Below are positions 11,245 through 22,369 of a stretch of DNA of 56,727 nucleotides, piece by piece (the first letter of the stretch is position 1; every line of letters begins with the position of its first letter). Both the position numbers and the translations under genes were made by a program. The notes under the pieces were generated by a model that had not been told where the DNA came from, ran no database searches, and saw only the letters and a list, made by a program, of their open reading frames with translations. The DNA lies in contig BFEA01000010.1 of the NCBI GenBank assembly GCA_003427395.1, forward strand, positions 4,703,248 through 4,759,974. Direction: 5' to 3'. The stretch comes from Chara braunii (Eukaryota; Plantae; Charophyceae).

Positions 11245-14200
11245 ACCAGTAGGGAAAAAGGCGAAGTCAGTCTCGATCTTGCTAGAAATGACTAAGGAGA
11301 AAGCCATGGAGAAGGAGGAAAAAGTCCTTCGGGTAATCAAGGAAAGAAGGGCAGCCGAGGGGCATAGGATACCGGACGAAGTAGCACAGACCATGAAGAT
11401 AGGCATGGAAGGGTTCCTGACGGAACGGGAGACAAGGGTAATCGAGGAGGCATGCCAAGAGTTCCACTTAGCCTTCGCCTTTAATGACCACCAGAAGGGG
11501 CGGCTAGATGCAAAGTTGATTCCGCCAGTCAGAATCCACACGGTTGAGCATGAGTGTTGGAATGACAAAGGGCCCGCCTATGACTTCGGAATCGCGGGGG
11601 AGGTAACAGAGCTCCTAAGGGCAAAGATGGACTCTTTTGTGGCGGAGCCTACCGCATCGCCATACGCCAACAAATGGTTCGTATTTCGAAAGCCCAACCA
11701 GTCCCTAAGGTGGATCCAGGATTTGCAGAAGTTAAACGCCGTCACCATCCGAGACGCGGGGTCGCTACCCCAAGCGGACCTCCTGGCTGAATCCCATGCC
11801 GGACGTGGCATTTACTCGTTGATAGATCTATACTCGGGGTACGATCAGCTTCCGCTGGATGCCCGAGATAGACCCTGCATGGCTATGCATACGCCAGTAG
11901 GCCAGTTGCAAATGCAGGTCACGCCCATGGGTTTTACCAACGCAGTAGCAGAAGCGCAAAGGAGGATGCTTGCGGTTGCAGGGAACATGTTTCCTGCGAA
12001 GTGCAAGCCCTATATCAATGACAATCCCGTAAAAGAGGCACGTGAAAAGAATGAGACGGAGGTTCAGCCAGGAGTGAGAAAGTTCATGTGGGACCACCTA
12101 CAGGATATCAAAAAGTTGCTTCGGAGGTTCCTAGAGTATAATATAACTGCTAGCGGTCCAAAGAGTATCCTGGCAGTTCCGGAAGTCACCATTTTGGGGT
12201 TCCGTTGTGGAGCTTACGGAAGGATGCTGGACCCAGTTAAGACTGACAAAATTGCTCAATGGCCTACACCCCTCCGAACCACAACAGAAGTGAGGGTCTT
12301 CCTGGGCGTCGTAGGCTTCTGGAGAATCTTTATAAAGGGGTTCGCAAAGATAGCAGAACCTATTCGGGCCATGATCCGCGAGGAAGGCACGCTTGACTGG
12401 ACCAAGGACCAGGAGGCGGCCGTCCAGACCTTGAAGAAGATACTGACATCCGAAGAAGTTACCCTTGCCGCCCCGTGCTTCAATGACGAAGTAGGACGCC
12501 CCTTAGTGCTTGAAACCGATGGGGGACCGTTAGCCGTAGGTGGGGTATTGATCCAGAAAGGCGAAGATGGGAGAGAGCGTCCCATTAGATTCGAGAGTAG
12601 AACGCTCAACTCATCCGAGCGTCGCTATTCTCAGTTCAAGAAGGAGGTGCTTGCGATACTCCACTGCCTCAAGACTTTCCAGACGTATCGCTTTGGGAGA
12701 AGATTCATCTTGAGGATAGATCCGACCAATGTCGTGGGAGCCTTAAAGAACTAAAGGCCTATCGATCCCACCGTGGGGAGATGGGTAGGGTTCATTTGGC
12801 AATTTGACTATGAGATTGAGCGCATAGCTGGTCTTAGGAATCGAGCAGACGGCCTGAGCAGGGTGAGCCTTACGCCGGAGGGACTAGAAGAAGTAGAGCC
12901 GATCGATGCATTCCTCGATCACGAGGGAGGGACTCTGGTGGTGGATAATGAGATGGCTGGGACTGCCTGCACGACCGGAGAATTGTTGATCAAAGCGTTA
13001 GAGAAAGGGTCTTCCACGGTGGTAGCAGAACTCAAAGAAGGGGTGGTCACCAGGGTTGGATGAAAGGAGGAGAAGGACGCTTGGGGTAGTATTGTGGGGC
13101 CTTGGGAAGAACGGATGGCACTAGCCATAGAAGGCGGGTGGAGAAGGGTGATGAGCGTGGTTGAGTCATGGGAACAGGAAAAGCAACAGTACGAGGTTAG
13201 CCAAATGTGCGACGCTCAGCCGGGCTCCCGGCAGGAGGAGGAGTTCTTTTTCATCAAGTCGTACGATGGTATTTTTAGGGAGATTGGGTTGCTGTTGATA
13301 GGAAACAAGGATGACCACGAAGTCAGTCCTAAAGCTAGGGAAGAGGCAGACAAGTATGTGCTAAGGAGAGGGCACTTGTTCCGGAAAGAGGAGGGCTTGA
13401 CACCCAGGAGAGTAGTATGCGGGAGGATGAGACAGGTAGACATAATATCGGCGATGCATGATGGGTTGGCCGGTGAGCATCGGTCCTCAAAGGGTACCCT
13501 AGCCAAAATAATACCACTCTATTAATGGCTGGGAATGGGCTCCATGGTTGCCATATACTGTCAGACCTGCCGAATCTGCCAAGAGCGGGGTACGACGCGG
13601 GTGTTTGAGCCTCTCAGGCCCACGCGAGTGCTGGGGCCAAGGCATATGGTGCACCTCGATCTGGTAGTTATGCCAGTATCGACAAAGGGGTACAGGTACA
13701 TACCCAATGCTAGGGACAACCTTAGCGGGTTTGTGGAGGCCGTGGCATTAAAGAAGAAAAGAGGGCTGGCAGTGGCCGATTGGGTTGAAGATTTCTACCT
13801 GAGGCACCCGTTCATCAGGAGGTTTATAGCCGACAATGGGACTGAGTTCGTAAATCAAGATGTCCTGAACACATGCAAGAGGCTAGGGGTGCCCCTCAAG
13901 CTGATTGAACCATACCACCCGGAGGCTAACGCGCCGGTAGAAAGAGGGCACCAGACGCTCAAGAACATGATTGCGAAGTTGGCAGCAGACGATCTCGGGA
14001 ATTGGCCCGAGTACCTCAGGCAAGTTGTGTTCGCTGAGAACGTGACTCCTAAGATGACCACGGGATGTGTCCCAGCAGAATTATGGTATGGAAGGGAAAT
14101 CGACTTCCCGATAGAAACCCTAGTACCCACATGGAACAAATTGGAGGACCCTCATCTGACTACGGAACAATCGATCGAGGCTAGATGCGAGCAGGCGGCT

Positions 14201-14554
14201 AAAAATGAGGAAGCCTTGGAAGAAATTGTGAACAGGGTCTTCGATAGTCGGATGAAGGATAAGACCAGGTGGGACCAATTGAAAAATATCAGGAAGGAGT
14301 CATTGCAAGTGGGGGAAATGGTTCTGGTCAGGAATTCGGCACTAGAAAGCACATGGTCAGGACAGCTAGGGCGAAGATTCAAGGGGCCCCATCGTGTCAC
14401 TAAGAGGCTGGGAATGAACACCTTTGAGGTTGAGGACTTGAATGGGACCAGCATAAAAGGGTCGTTCCCTGAACAGCGGCTGGTCAGATTCCTCAGCAAA
14501 GATCCGGTGGCGCAATGGTTGCAAGAAGCTCAGGACAAGGAAGCAGAAGAATAG
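11210..14554 (+). pseudogene. pol: Pol: RT - RNase H - integrase (in-frame stops; no chromodomain)
   Basis: RT: LRWIQDLQKLN, SLIDLYSGYDQ, PMGFTNA, YIND. RNase H: LETDGG..FESRTLNSSERRYS..KEVLAI. INT: HDGLAGEH..CRIC, HLDL, IADNGTEF, PYHPEANAPVER, FKGP. Confidence 0.95.
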
Positions 14555-14968
14555 GCCGCTCAGTCCAACAACAAGGATTCTACTTATCACATGTGTTTCC
14601 CTTTGCCTTTGTTGTCTTCCTTTCTTTCGTGTGTGTGTGCATGGAAAGGACATGGGATCCACTTGGGACACTGTACCATAGTTTTTGTGGGGACACTGGG
14701 GATGGATGCCAAGGGCTGGGCATTGTATCATAAGGGTGGGGACGAGGAGATCTCTGAGAGCAAGATGTCGTGATTACCCAATGGGATAAACAAGGCTTGG
14801 GGGCGCATGTGACCAAGACTTGGGATGGGACCACGTGTTTGGGGAACCATGTGGCCATAAGGATGAGACAAGACTGGGCTTGGGGAGGGCTCCACAATGG
14901 GGGTGCATTGGGGCCTTTCCTTTTCTCTGTTGATATTGATTACAGGCACAGAAAACAGCCCTAGCAAG

Positions 14969-15658
14969 ATGGAGTTCAATAACGAGAATGACATTAACCA
15001 GGCAAACGCCGCTTGTGAGGATCCGTGGAGGCAGCCAGACAGACCGCGAGATAGACAAAGACCGGTGCTGGTTATTGGGCCACAGCCAAAAGCACCACTA
15101 GGGAAAAGAAAGAGGAAGTTGTCTGCCTGTAAACCCTCGCCTACCAAGGAAGGCGAGGTACTACCCGCCTGATCAGAAGAGGAGGATGAACAGGGAATGG
15201 AGGGGAAGGGGGAAGAAACTAAGCAAACCAATCCTGACGAGGAAGGGCAGGAAGGAGAGGACAGTGATCCGGAAGATGACGTTCAGGAAGTCATTGCGAT
15301 AAGCAGTGAGGACGAGATGGATGAGATATCGAGGCCAAGGGAGGAAAGGCAGTCTCCGGCAAAAAGCCCGGATAAAGGAGCCACCAATTGGGAGGAAGAA
15401 TTCGGGCCAATGCCCAGTCACTGGTTTGAGCAATGGGCAAGTGTGGTTAAGCACGAGTGGATAATTAAAGCACAAAAGTTGATGGCGGTCGGGAGAACAC
15501 CTACGCCGTTGGACTTCTTCACTGAAAAGGATCTGCAGTTGGCAAAGGAAAAGAGATATGAGATTCAGACTTATGGGTTGGGCATGGAGCCACCCTCGAG
15601 GGATAACAACGAGAAAGGGGCTAAACGCCAAAGGACAGATTCAAGTGCTAGGGATTAA
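14969..15658 (+). pseudogene. Accessory ORF Y downstream of pol (acidic, NLS- and SIM-like motifs; one TGA at 15170)
   Basis: 14897-15172 and 15197-15658 are in the same frame. The ortholog in B shares ME..NEND, VQEVI.(I/V)SS.DE and WE.EF.P..SHWFEQW.SV.KH..IIKA..LM..G...TPLDF. Confidence 0.8.
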
Positions 15659-16499
15659 GGATGGGTTGGCAAGGGAACGTGAGGGTAAGAGCAAAGGGCG
15701 GCCAGAATTGGGATAATCGGTTGGGTCGTGAAAGGCATGAGATTTGTAGACTAGATGAACTGGACTTTTTTTCTTTTTGTTGTGATTCTGCTAAAAAACT
15801 TTTGAAAGGGACCGGATGAGACAAGTATGCCAAGTCGTGGTATGTAGAGACATCTGTTAGATTGGAACTTGTCAACAGGCACGAGATGGGATGAGATAAG
15901 AGGGAAAGAGCAACCTTTTGTATGAAGCTACTTTTCGATTTCAATTTTGTAATACAGGACGGGAAATCAATTAAGACATGAGCACCGAGTGTTGTTTCTT
16001 TAAGTAAAGTTATCTTTTTTCTCGGGAGCCATGAGACTGCTTGTAATGGATGGACATGGGACTTGAAATGTGATTGGTTGCAAAAGTTCTCAAAAGTGTA
16101 TGTTCACATGTGTGAGGATCAGGTTGTACATTGTCAGAAAGGTTAGGGAACCTATGGGTAGAACGGCATGGCAATGCTTTCCCCTAGGAGCCTGATCCAA
16201 CCGAGTTAACGCCATGTTGACAAGACATGAAAGTAAAACAAGCAAAGTATGTGAGACACTGGGTCTATGGTTGAACGGTCGGGCGGGCTAGCGTTGCCAA
16301 AAGTTGGATGTCCCCGCCTGCACGCTAGACGCTAAGGCGGATGCATGTGAATGGAAAGGATAAGCAAAAAATGTTTGATAAGAAAAACCTGAAGAGAGAG
16401 CACGTTGGAAACCAATGGCCACCACTTAACCCCCCAATTGATAATCGGAGTTGAGCCTCCCAAAGCCCACCCCCTCGGGCATCAGGACTGGAATTGGAA

Positions 16500-17460
16500 A
16501 ATGAATGGCCCTAACCAGGTTATTCAAAGATCAGATTTGGAAAAGGAATGACCCTAACCAGGCTATTTAAGGATGAGATTTGGAAAAGGAATAACCCTAA
16601 CCAGGCTGTTCAAGGATGAGATTGGAAAAGAAGAACGACCCTAACCAGGTTGTTCGGAGATGACCCCTAACAAGGGTTGCCTCTTTGGAAATGGGCACTG
16701 GGGTCCCTTTGCATGATTGTTTGTGGATTGGCTGCCTTATGAATGAGTAAGAAAAGGGTCGTCGGGTCGGCCATTGAAGTGGACATATTGAGAAAGGGCC
16801 GTCGGGTCGGCCATTGAAATGGACATATTGAGAAAGGGCCGTCAGGTCGGCCATTGAAATGGACATATTGAGAAAGGGCCGTCGGGCCGGTCATTGAAAT
16901 GGACATATTGAGAAAGGGTCGTCGGGTCGATCATTGAAATGGACACATTGAGAAAAGGCCGTCGGGCCGGCCATTGAAATGAACATATTGAGAAGAAGGT
17001 CGTCGGGTCAACCATTGAAATAGGGAGGTTGGGAAAGAGACCGTCGGGATGGTCATTGAAGCGGAGGACTTGAGAAAGAGGTCGTCGGCTCGGCCATTGA
17101 AATAAAGAGATTGAGAAAAGGGAGGTTGGGAAAGAGACCGTCGGGACGGTCATTGAAGCGGAGGACTTGAGAAAGAGGCCATCGGCTCGGCCATCAAAAT
17201 AAAGAGATTGAGAAAAGGAAGTTGGGAAAAAGACCGTCGGGACGGTCATTGAAGCGGAGGACTTGAGAAAGAGGCCGTCGGCTCGGCCATCGAAATAAAG
17301 ACATTGAGAAAAGGAAGTTGGGAAAGAGACCGTCGGGACGGTCATTGAAGCGGAGGACTTGAGAAAGAGGCCGTCGGTTCGGTCATCGAAATAAAGAGAT
17401 TGAGAAAAGGAAGTTGGGAAAGAGACCGTCGGGACGGTCATTGAAACAAGATGAGTTGAG
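16500..17460. repeat. Nested tandem arrays in 3' internal region (~40-bp units, then ~96-bp composite units)
   Basis: GAGAAAGGGCCGTCGGGTCGGCCATTGAAATGGACATATT, period 40, at 16750-17010; GGGAAAGAGACCGTCGGGA recurs about every 96 bp from 17031 to 17416. Confidence 0.88.
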
Positions 17461-18516
17461 AAGGAAGGCTGTCGGACCAGCCATGAGAAAAGGAAAGCGG
17501 CAGATGGATCAGCCATGAGAAGAGAAGGCCGCCTTTGATTGAAAAGACGCTGCCGGATCAGCCATGAGAATCAGCCTTGTGAAAGACTTGGAAAAAGCTT
17601 GGAATTTGATGTTTGCTTGAGAATTGGAAATTGCATTGCATACATAAGGGACCCTAGGCAAAAGATGAAAGGTCGTCGGGCCAACCCTGGAAATAGCAAG
17701 AGACTGAGCCTTCCAACCTTTTTCTAGTCTCAGGGCCCGATATGAGGGGGAAAGCGGTGCTCGCACAACGACCCCACGACCGCTTTCCTTTAAGGAAATG
17801 CCCAAGCGCGACCTATTCCTCATAAGCAGGAAAACAGGTTAAAGGATCAAGGCATCAATACGATACTGCACATCCGGAACCAGCTCCGGCAATAAGCTCT
17901 AGCCGAAGGGTTCGAATTGTGCCTCATGTCGAGTTCCTAAAAATCCTGGGCGCCAAGATGGGCCGGACAGTTGCTCTTCTAAGTCTTTATGACTCTCTCC
18001 AACCACACGCTACGCTGTTGAGGGGCAGCCTGGCCGTTTGGGAAAGGACCTAGGCCACTCGCGCTAAGTTGAGGGGCACGTCCACGGGGAAGGTCTGGCG
18101 AGGTACCGGGTGGAGCCGCAACCACCATGGGGCATTGACACCGCGAGGTCTTCGTAACTGCACTCGCAGACTAAAAGAGAGCCCCAACTCTCTTGAAATG
18201 GGAGAGGCCGGATCCACAAAAATTTACCACTTGGGAGGGACCAGTCGCGAGGGAGCCACTTTTGGGCACGATGGGATCTTGGGAGGTAGGGACTAGACCT
18301 GCCTTACGGATGCCAGGAGGCACCTCAATGCTGATGCCCATCTGCAAGCTAGTGGTCGTCGGACTAGGGTAAGGGGTGAGGTGAGTTATCAGCAGGGAAA
18401 TGACCGATCACCCTTCCTTTTAGGGGCTGATGGGCCGACACCCGCTTACTCAGTTGGCAGGCAAGGTCTGTGTGCCTCCAAGTGAGAACCAAAGACGCGA
18501 TGGGGACATCGCGATT

Positions 18517-18530
18517 GAGTGGGGGGAAGG
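18517..18530 (+). promoter_or_regulatory. Upstream (second) polypurine tract
   Basis: GAGTGGGGGGAAGG has the same core as the LTR-adjacent PPT; conserved in B at ~44408-44421. Confidence 0.6.
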
Positions 18531-18599
18531 TGTGTCATCTACCTAAAGACAAAGCGTGTAAATGAATCGAAAACCAAGGATAAGCGGGCAAGAAAATGC

Positions 18600-19345
18600 C
18601 TCGAAATGGTTGAGCTAGGCCAAACGGGAGCCTGGCAAGATAACTGTGGAAATGGTTTTGGAAATGGGTGAGCTGGGCCAAACGAGAGTCTGGCAAGATA
18701 ATTGTGGAAATGGCTTTGGAAATGGTTTGGCTTTGGAAATGGTTGAGCTGGGCCAAAGGAGAGTCTGGCAAGATGATTACGGAAATTGCTTTGGAAAAGG
18801 TTGACCTGGGTCACAAGAGGGTCTGGCGAGATGATTATGAAAATTGCTTTAGAAATGGTTGAGCTGGGCCACAAAAGAGTCTGGCAAAATGATTGGGGAA
18901 AAACGCCTTGGAAATGGTTAAGTTGGACCTGAGAAAAACTAACGAGCGGCCAGTGAAAAGTGTGCGTAATGTCCATAAGAAACATGCATGAAAAAGTCGG
19001 AATAAGAATATGACAAGGAACATATGTAAAAGAAAACTGGACCTGCCTCGTAAGACTGAAAAGGTCCAACAAAACGACCTCAAATGGAAAAAGGGGGGCC
19101 AGAAGTACCGAGGGACGAAGAAGCATGAAAATTTTGAACCCAGAGGCGGGCACCAGGGCAGGAGAGAGGAGAGTTTTGCGTACGAGTGGGGGGAGAGTAG
19201 AAAAGGGTCTGATGTACTTCGCGTAATGAATGATAGAAGAGAGGGCCTGATGTACTTCGCGTAATGAATGAGAGAAGAGAGGGTCCGATGTACTTCGCGT
19301 AATGAATAAAGAAAGAGCCTGATGTACTTCCCGTAATGAATGAGA
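18600..19345. repeat. Short tandem arrays between the two PPTs
   Basis: GAAATGGTTGAGCTGGGCC..CTGGCAAGAT units at 18600-18930; GATGTACTTCGCGTAATGAAT units at 19210-19345, with a homolog at 43310-43527. Confidence 0.8.
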
Positions 19346-19536
19346 AAGGGAAGAATGGGAGAATGCCATAGCCGTGAATGAGATAGGAAAAGTAAGGGAG
19401 GCCTGAGAAAGAAGCAAGAGAAGACAAAGAGGATCCTGGCAAGCTAACCACCCGTCGTAACCCACTTTTCCCCCCTGTCTATCTCTCTAAATCTCCTACT
19501 GACTATGGACTAGTGCGCGATGAGGACATTGCAAAT

Positions 19537-19548
19537 GAGTGGGGGGAA
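19537..19548 (+). promoter_or_regulatory. Polypurine tract of copy A
   Basis: GAGTGGGGGGAA, 2 nt before the LTR start TGTCGG. Confidence 0.88.
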
Positions 19549-19809
19549 TGTGTCGGAACCGGTGGGTCCCGAATAACTTCCTATCACTTAAGAGCTTGTA
19601 TAGAGTCAATTTGTGCACGACAGAGAAATCAGGAGGAATGGGAAGAGAAACTAGCAAAGGACTAACCTGCCGAGAGCAACGACGCCCCGGGTTGGGAACT
19701 GCAGGGAAGAGCTAGCGGCGGCAGGAAAACGAGCGCAGAGGCTCGAGCGTGGAAGGGCGCAACCTGAGGACAGACGGGGCACTAGATTTCGATACAACAG
19801 AAGCCAATG

Positions 19810-20010
19810 GGACCGCCAACGGGAGTAAGTGTCGGAGGCCGCCGACGGGACTAAGTGTCGGGGACCGCCGACGGGGATAAGTGTCGGGGACCACCGACGG
19901 GACTAAGTGTCGGGGGCCACCGACGAGACTAAGTGTCGGGGACCGTCGACGCGACTAAGTGTCAGGGACCGCCGACGGGATTAGGTATCGGGGACCACCG
20001 ACGGGACAAA
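19810..20010. repeat. 26-bp tandem array
   Basis: AAGTGTC at 19827, 19853, 19879, 19905, 19931 and 19957. Confidence 0.9.
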
Positions 20011-22369
20011 AGTCGGCGGTCCACGGTGGAACAAATACTAAGGACCAGCGTGGGACAAGTGGCGGGGACTTGTAACATCCCAAGATAAAAATAAAGAGCG
20101 ATGTGAGGAGCAAATAATTAAAGCGAGGCGTACCTTCAAGATCGAGGATCTTGATGGCCAAGAGTATTAGCTCCGCTAGTGTGGTCACTAGTGGGAGCAA
20201 ACGGGGAGGCTGAAAGGAAAAAGAAAAGTGAAGGAACTTGAAGTGGGAGGCATGGGAGCAATCCAAAAAATATCGGATCGCCCCCCCCCCCCAAGAAAAT
20301 TGAATTAAAAGAGAGTCCATGGGAAAATAAGGTCTCCCGGGGTAAATCGGAGTGAGGGAGGTCACTGTGGGAGAGAAATGAGAATAAAAGGAGGCCCCCG
20401 TGGGGATGAGAAGGTCAAAATTGCAGTCCGGGCTGCAACGGGCTGCACCATAAGGAGAGGAAGGGCCAAAACTGAGAAGGAGGGCCTAGAAAAGGGCCTT
20501 AATGGCTAGTTGACACTTGGCCTTAACGGCTAGTTGACACTTGGCATGCAAAAAGAAAAAGAAAAAAAAGAAAAAAAAAAAGAGGGAGAATAAGACAAAA
20601 TGGGTGAAAGGGAGTGAGTGAGTTGGCCGTCAGTTGGGATTGCAACAAGTAGGGACAAGCAGGTCCCTACTGTCCACAAATGGGGGGAAAAGAAAAAAAN
20701 NNNNNNNNNNNNNNNNNNNNNNNNAAAGAGAGAGGAAAAAACAAAAGGGCACCAACAGCCAAAAACGGTCACTTGGGGAGGTGCATCCATGACCAGATTC
20801 ATTCTGGAATCTGGCGGTTGCAAAGGACCTTGATTTTTTTTTTTTTTTTGTAGAGAAAATAAAAAAAAATCAAGGCCCCATGCAACCGAAAAGTAACGGA
20901 TTACATAAGGGAGGAGGAACACATGTTTTAGATACATCCGGAGCCAAAACCAAGTCCGGATGCGTCCGGGAGTTGACCGTTTTCTTTTCTTTCAAGTAGG
21001 GGCTAGTTGTCGGGCATTGGAGCTAGGAAATTGACCCCTATTGCAGTCCGAGCTACAACGGGCTGCATAAGGGAGGGGGGACGCATGTTCTAGAAGCATC
21101 CGGAGCCAATATTAAGTCTGGATGCACTTGGGCGTCTAGCGCTTCATTTCTCCCTAGTATGGGGCAAGGTGTAGGGCTGTGGGACTAGGGAAAGGAGCAT
21201 GGATGCGGTCCGAGAAATAACGGACTGCATAGGGATGCCTAGACTAAGGCAAAATGAGCCACGGCAAACCCGGAGGGCTAGAAAAAAATGATTTCGGCAT
21301 AAGGCAAGTGGAGACGGTAAACGGCGGTCGCAAGATGAGATCTCGCGACCAAGAAAAGTTCGGCACATGAGAAGCACCTAAGGGAGGAGTGCTGGAACCT
21401 CCAACGGCGAGGGGGTCCCAACAATAAAAATGGGACGCGGTCCGGGATGCTGTCGGGGACCGAGTGGACCCAAATAATAAAAATCGAAAATGGGACATGC
21501 GGAGGCGGGACTGCCGGCGAGACAAGAAAACGGAATCAGTACAAGGGAAATGGCGGGGACTTGGGTTGTCCAGAGGAAGCCGTGAGCCAAGTGCAAAAAA
21601 ATAAATGATGATGCGAGCGGACGGCACCGTCGAGATCGGGGATCTAGACGGTGGAAAATATTAGCACCACTAGTGCGAGCACTAGTGGGGGCAATTGGGA
21701 GAGTCACGGGAGGAAGGCAAAGAGAAATAATAGTGGTAGGGGGCCTGCCCAGCAGTACGAGATATCTCGGATCAGCCAAGCATGAGAAAATAGAGCCTCA
21801 AGGGGCTCCACATGAGAAAATGGTTGTCCGGAGAAAATCCGAGCAAGGGGACTTAAAATCAGAAATAACGGGAGCAAAATGAAGCCCCGCTAGGAGCGTG
21901 GGGGTGCCATTGCTGCAATCCGTGATATAACGGCCTAGTAGCTGCTGTGAATCTGGCCTTGAATGAGGTTCTAAAGGCTAAAAAGAGGATGCACAACTGT
22001 TTGACACTTGTCACAGCTGAAAGAAAAGAAAAAGAGAGAAAATTGGGAGAAAATGGAGGGAAAATGAGACAAAAGAGGAGAAAAGAGTAGAGGGAAATAT
22101 GCCGGCCTATTGGGACTGCTGCAGTAGGGACTGGCAGGTCCCTACAATGACCTCATCCCTCCTAGATTCAAGGAGGGCAGTCCGGATTGCAGAGATATAG
22201 CCCTTGGGGCATTATCTCTACAACATCTGAATTAAAAAGAAAAAATTGAGGGAAAATGCAGAAGTGATTTGGCCGGTTTTCTTTTGGACCATGGATCAGA
22301 GATCAGATCTCATTGTGGAGAGGATCTAGCCGTTTTTTTGTGGGCCAGCACAAAACGGCTAGCTCCGAA

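Noticed and set aside
14969-15658. env gene
   Set aside because: No signal peptide or transmembrane helix; hydrophilic and acidic.
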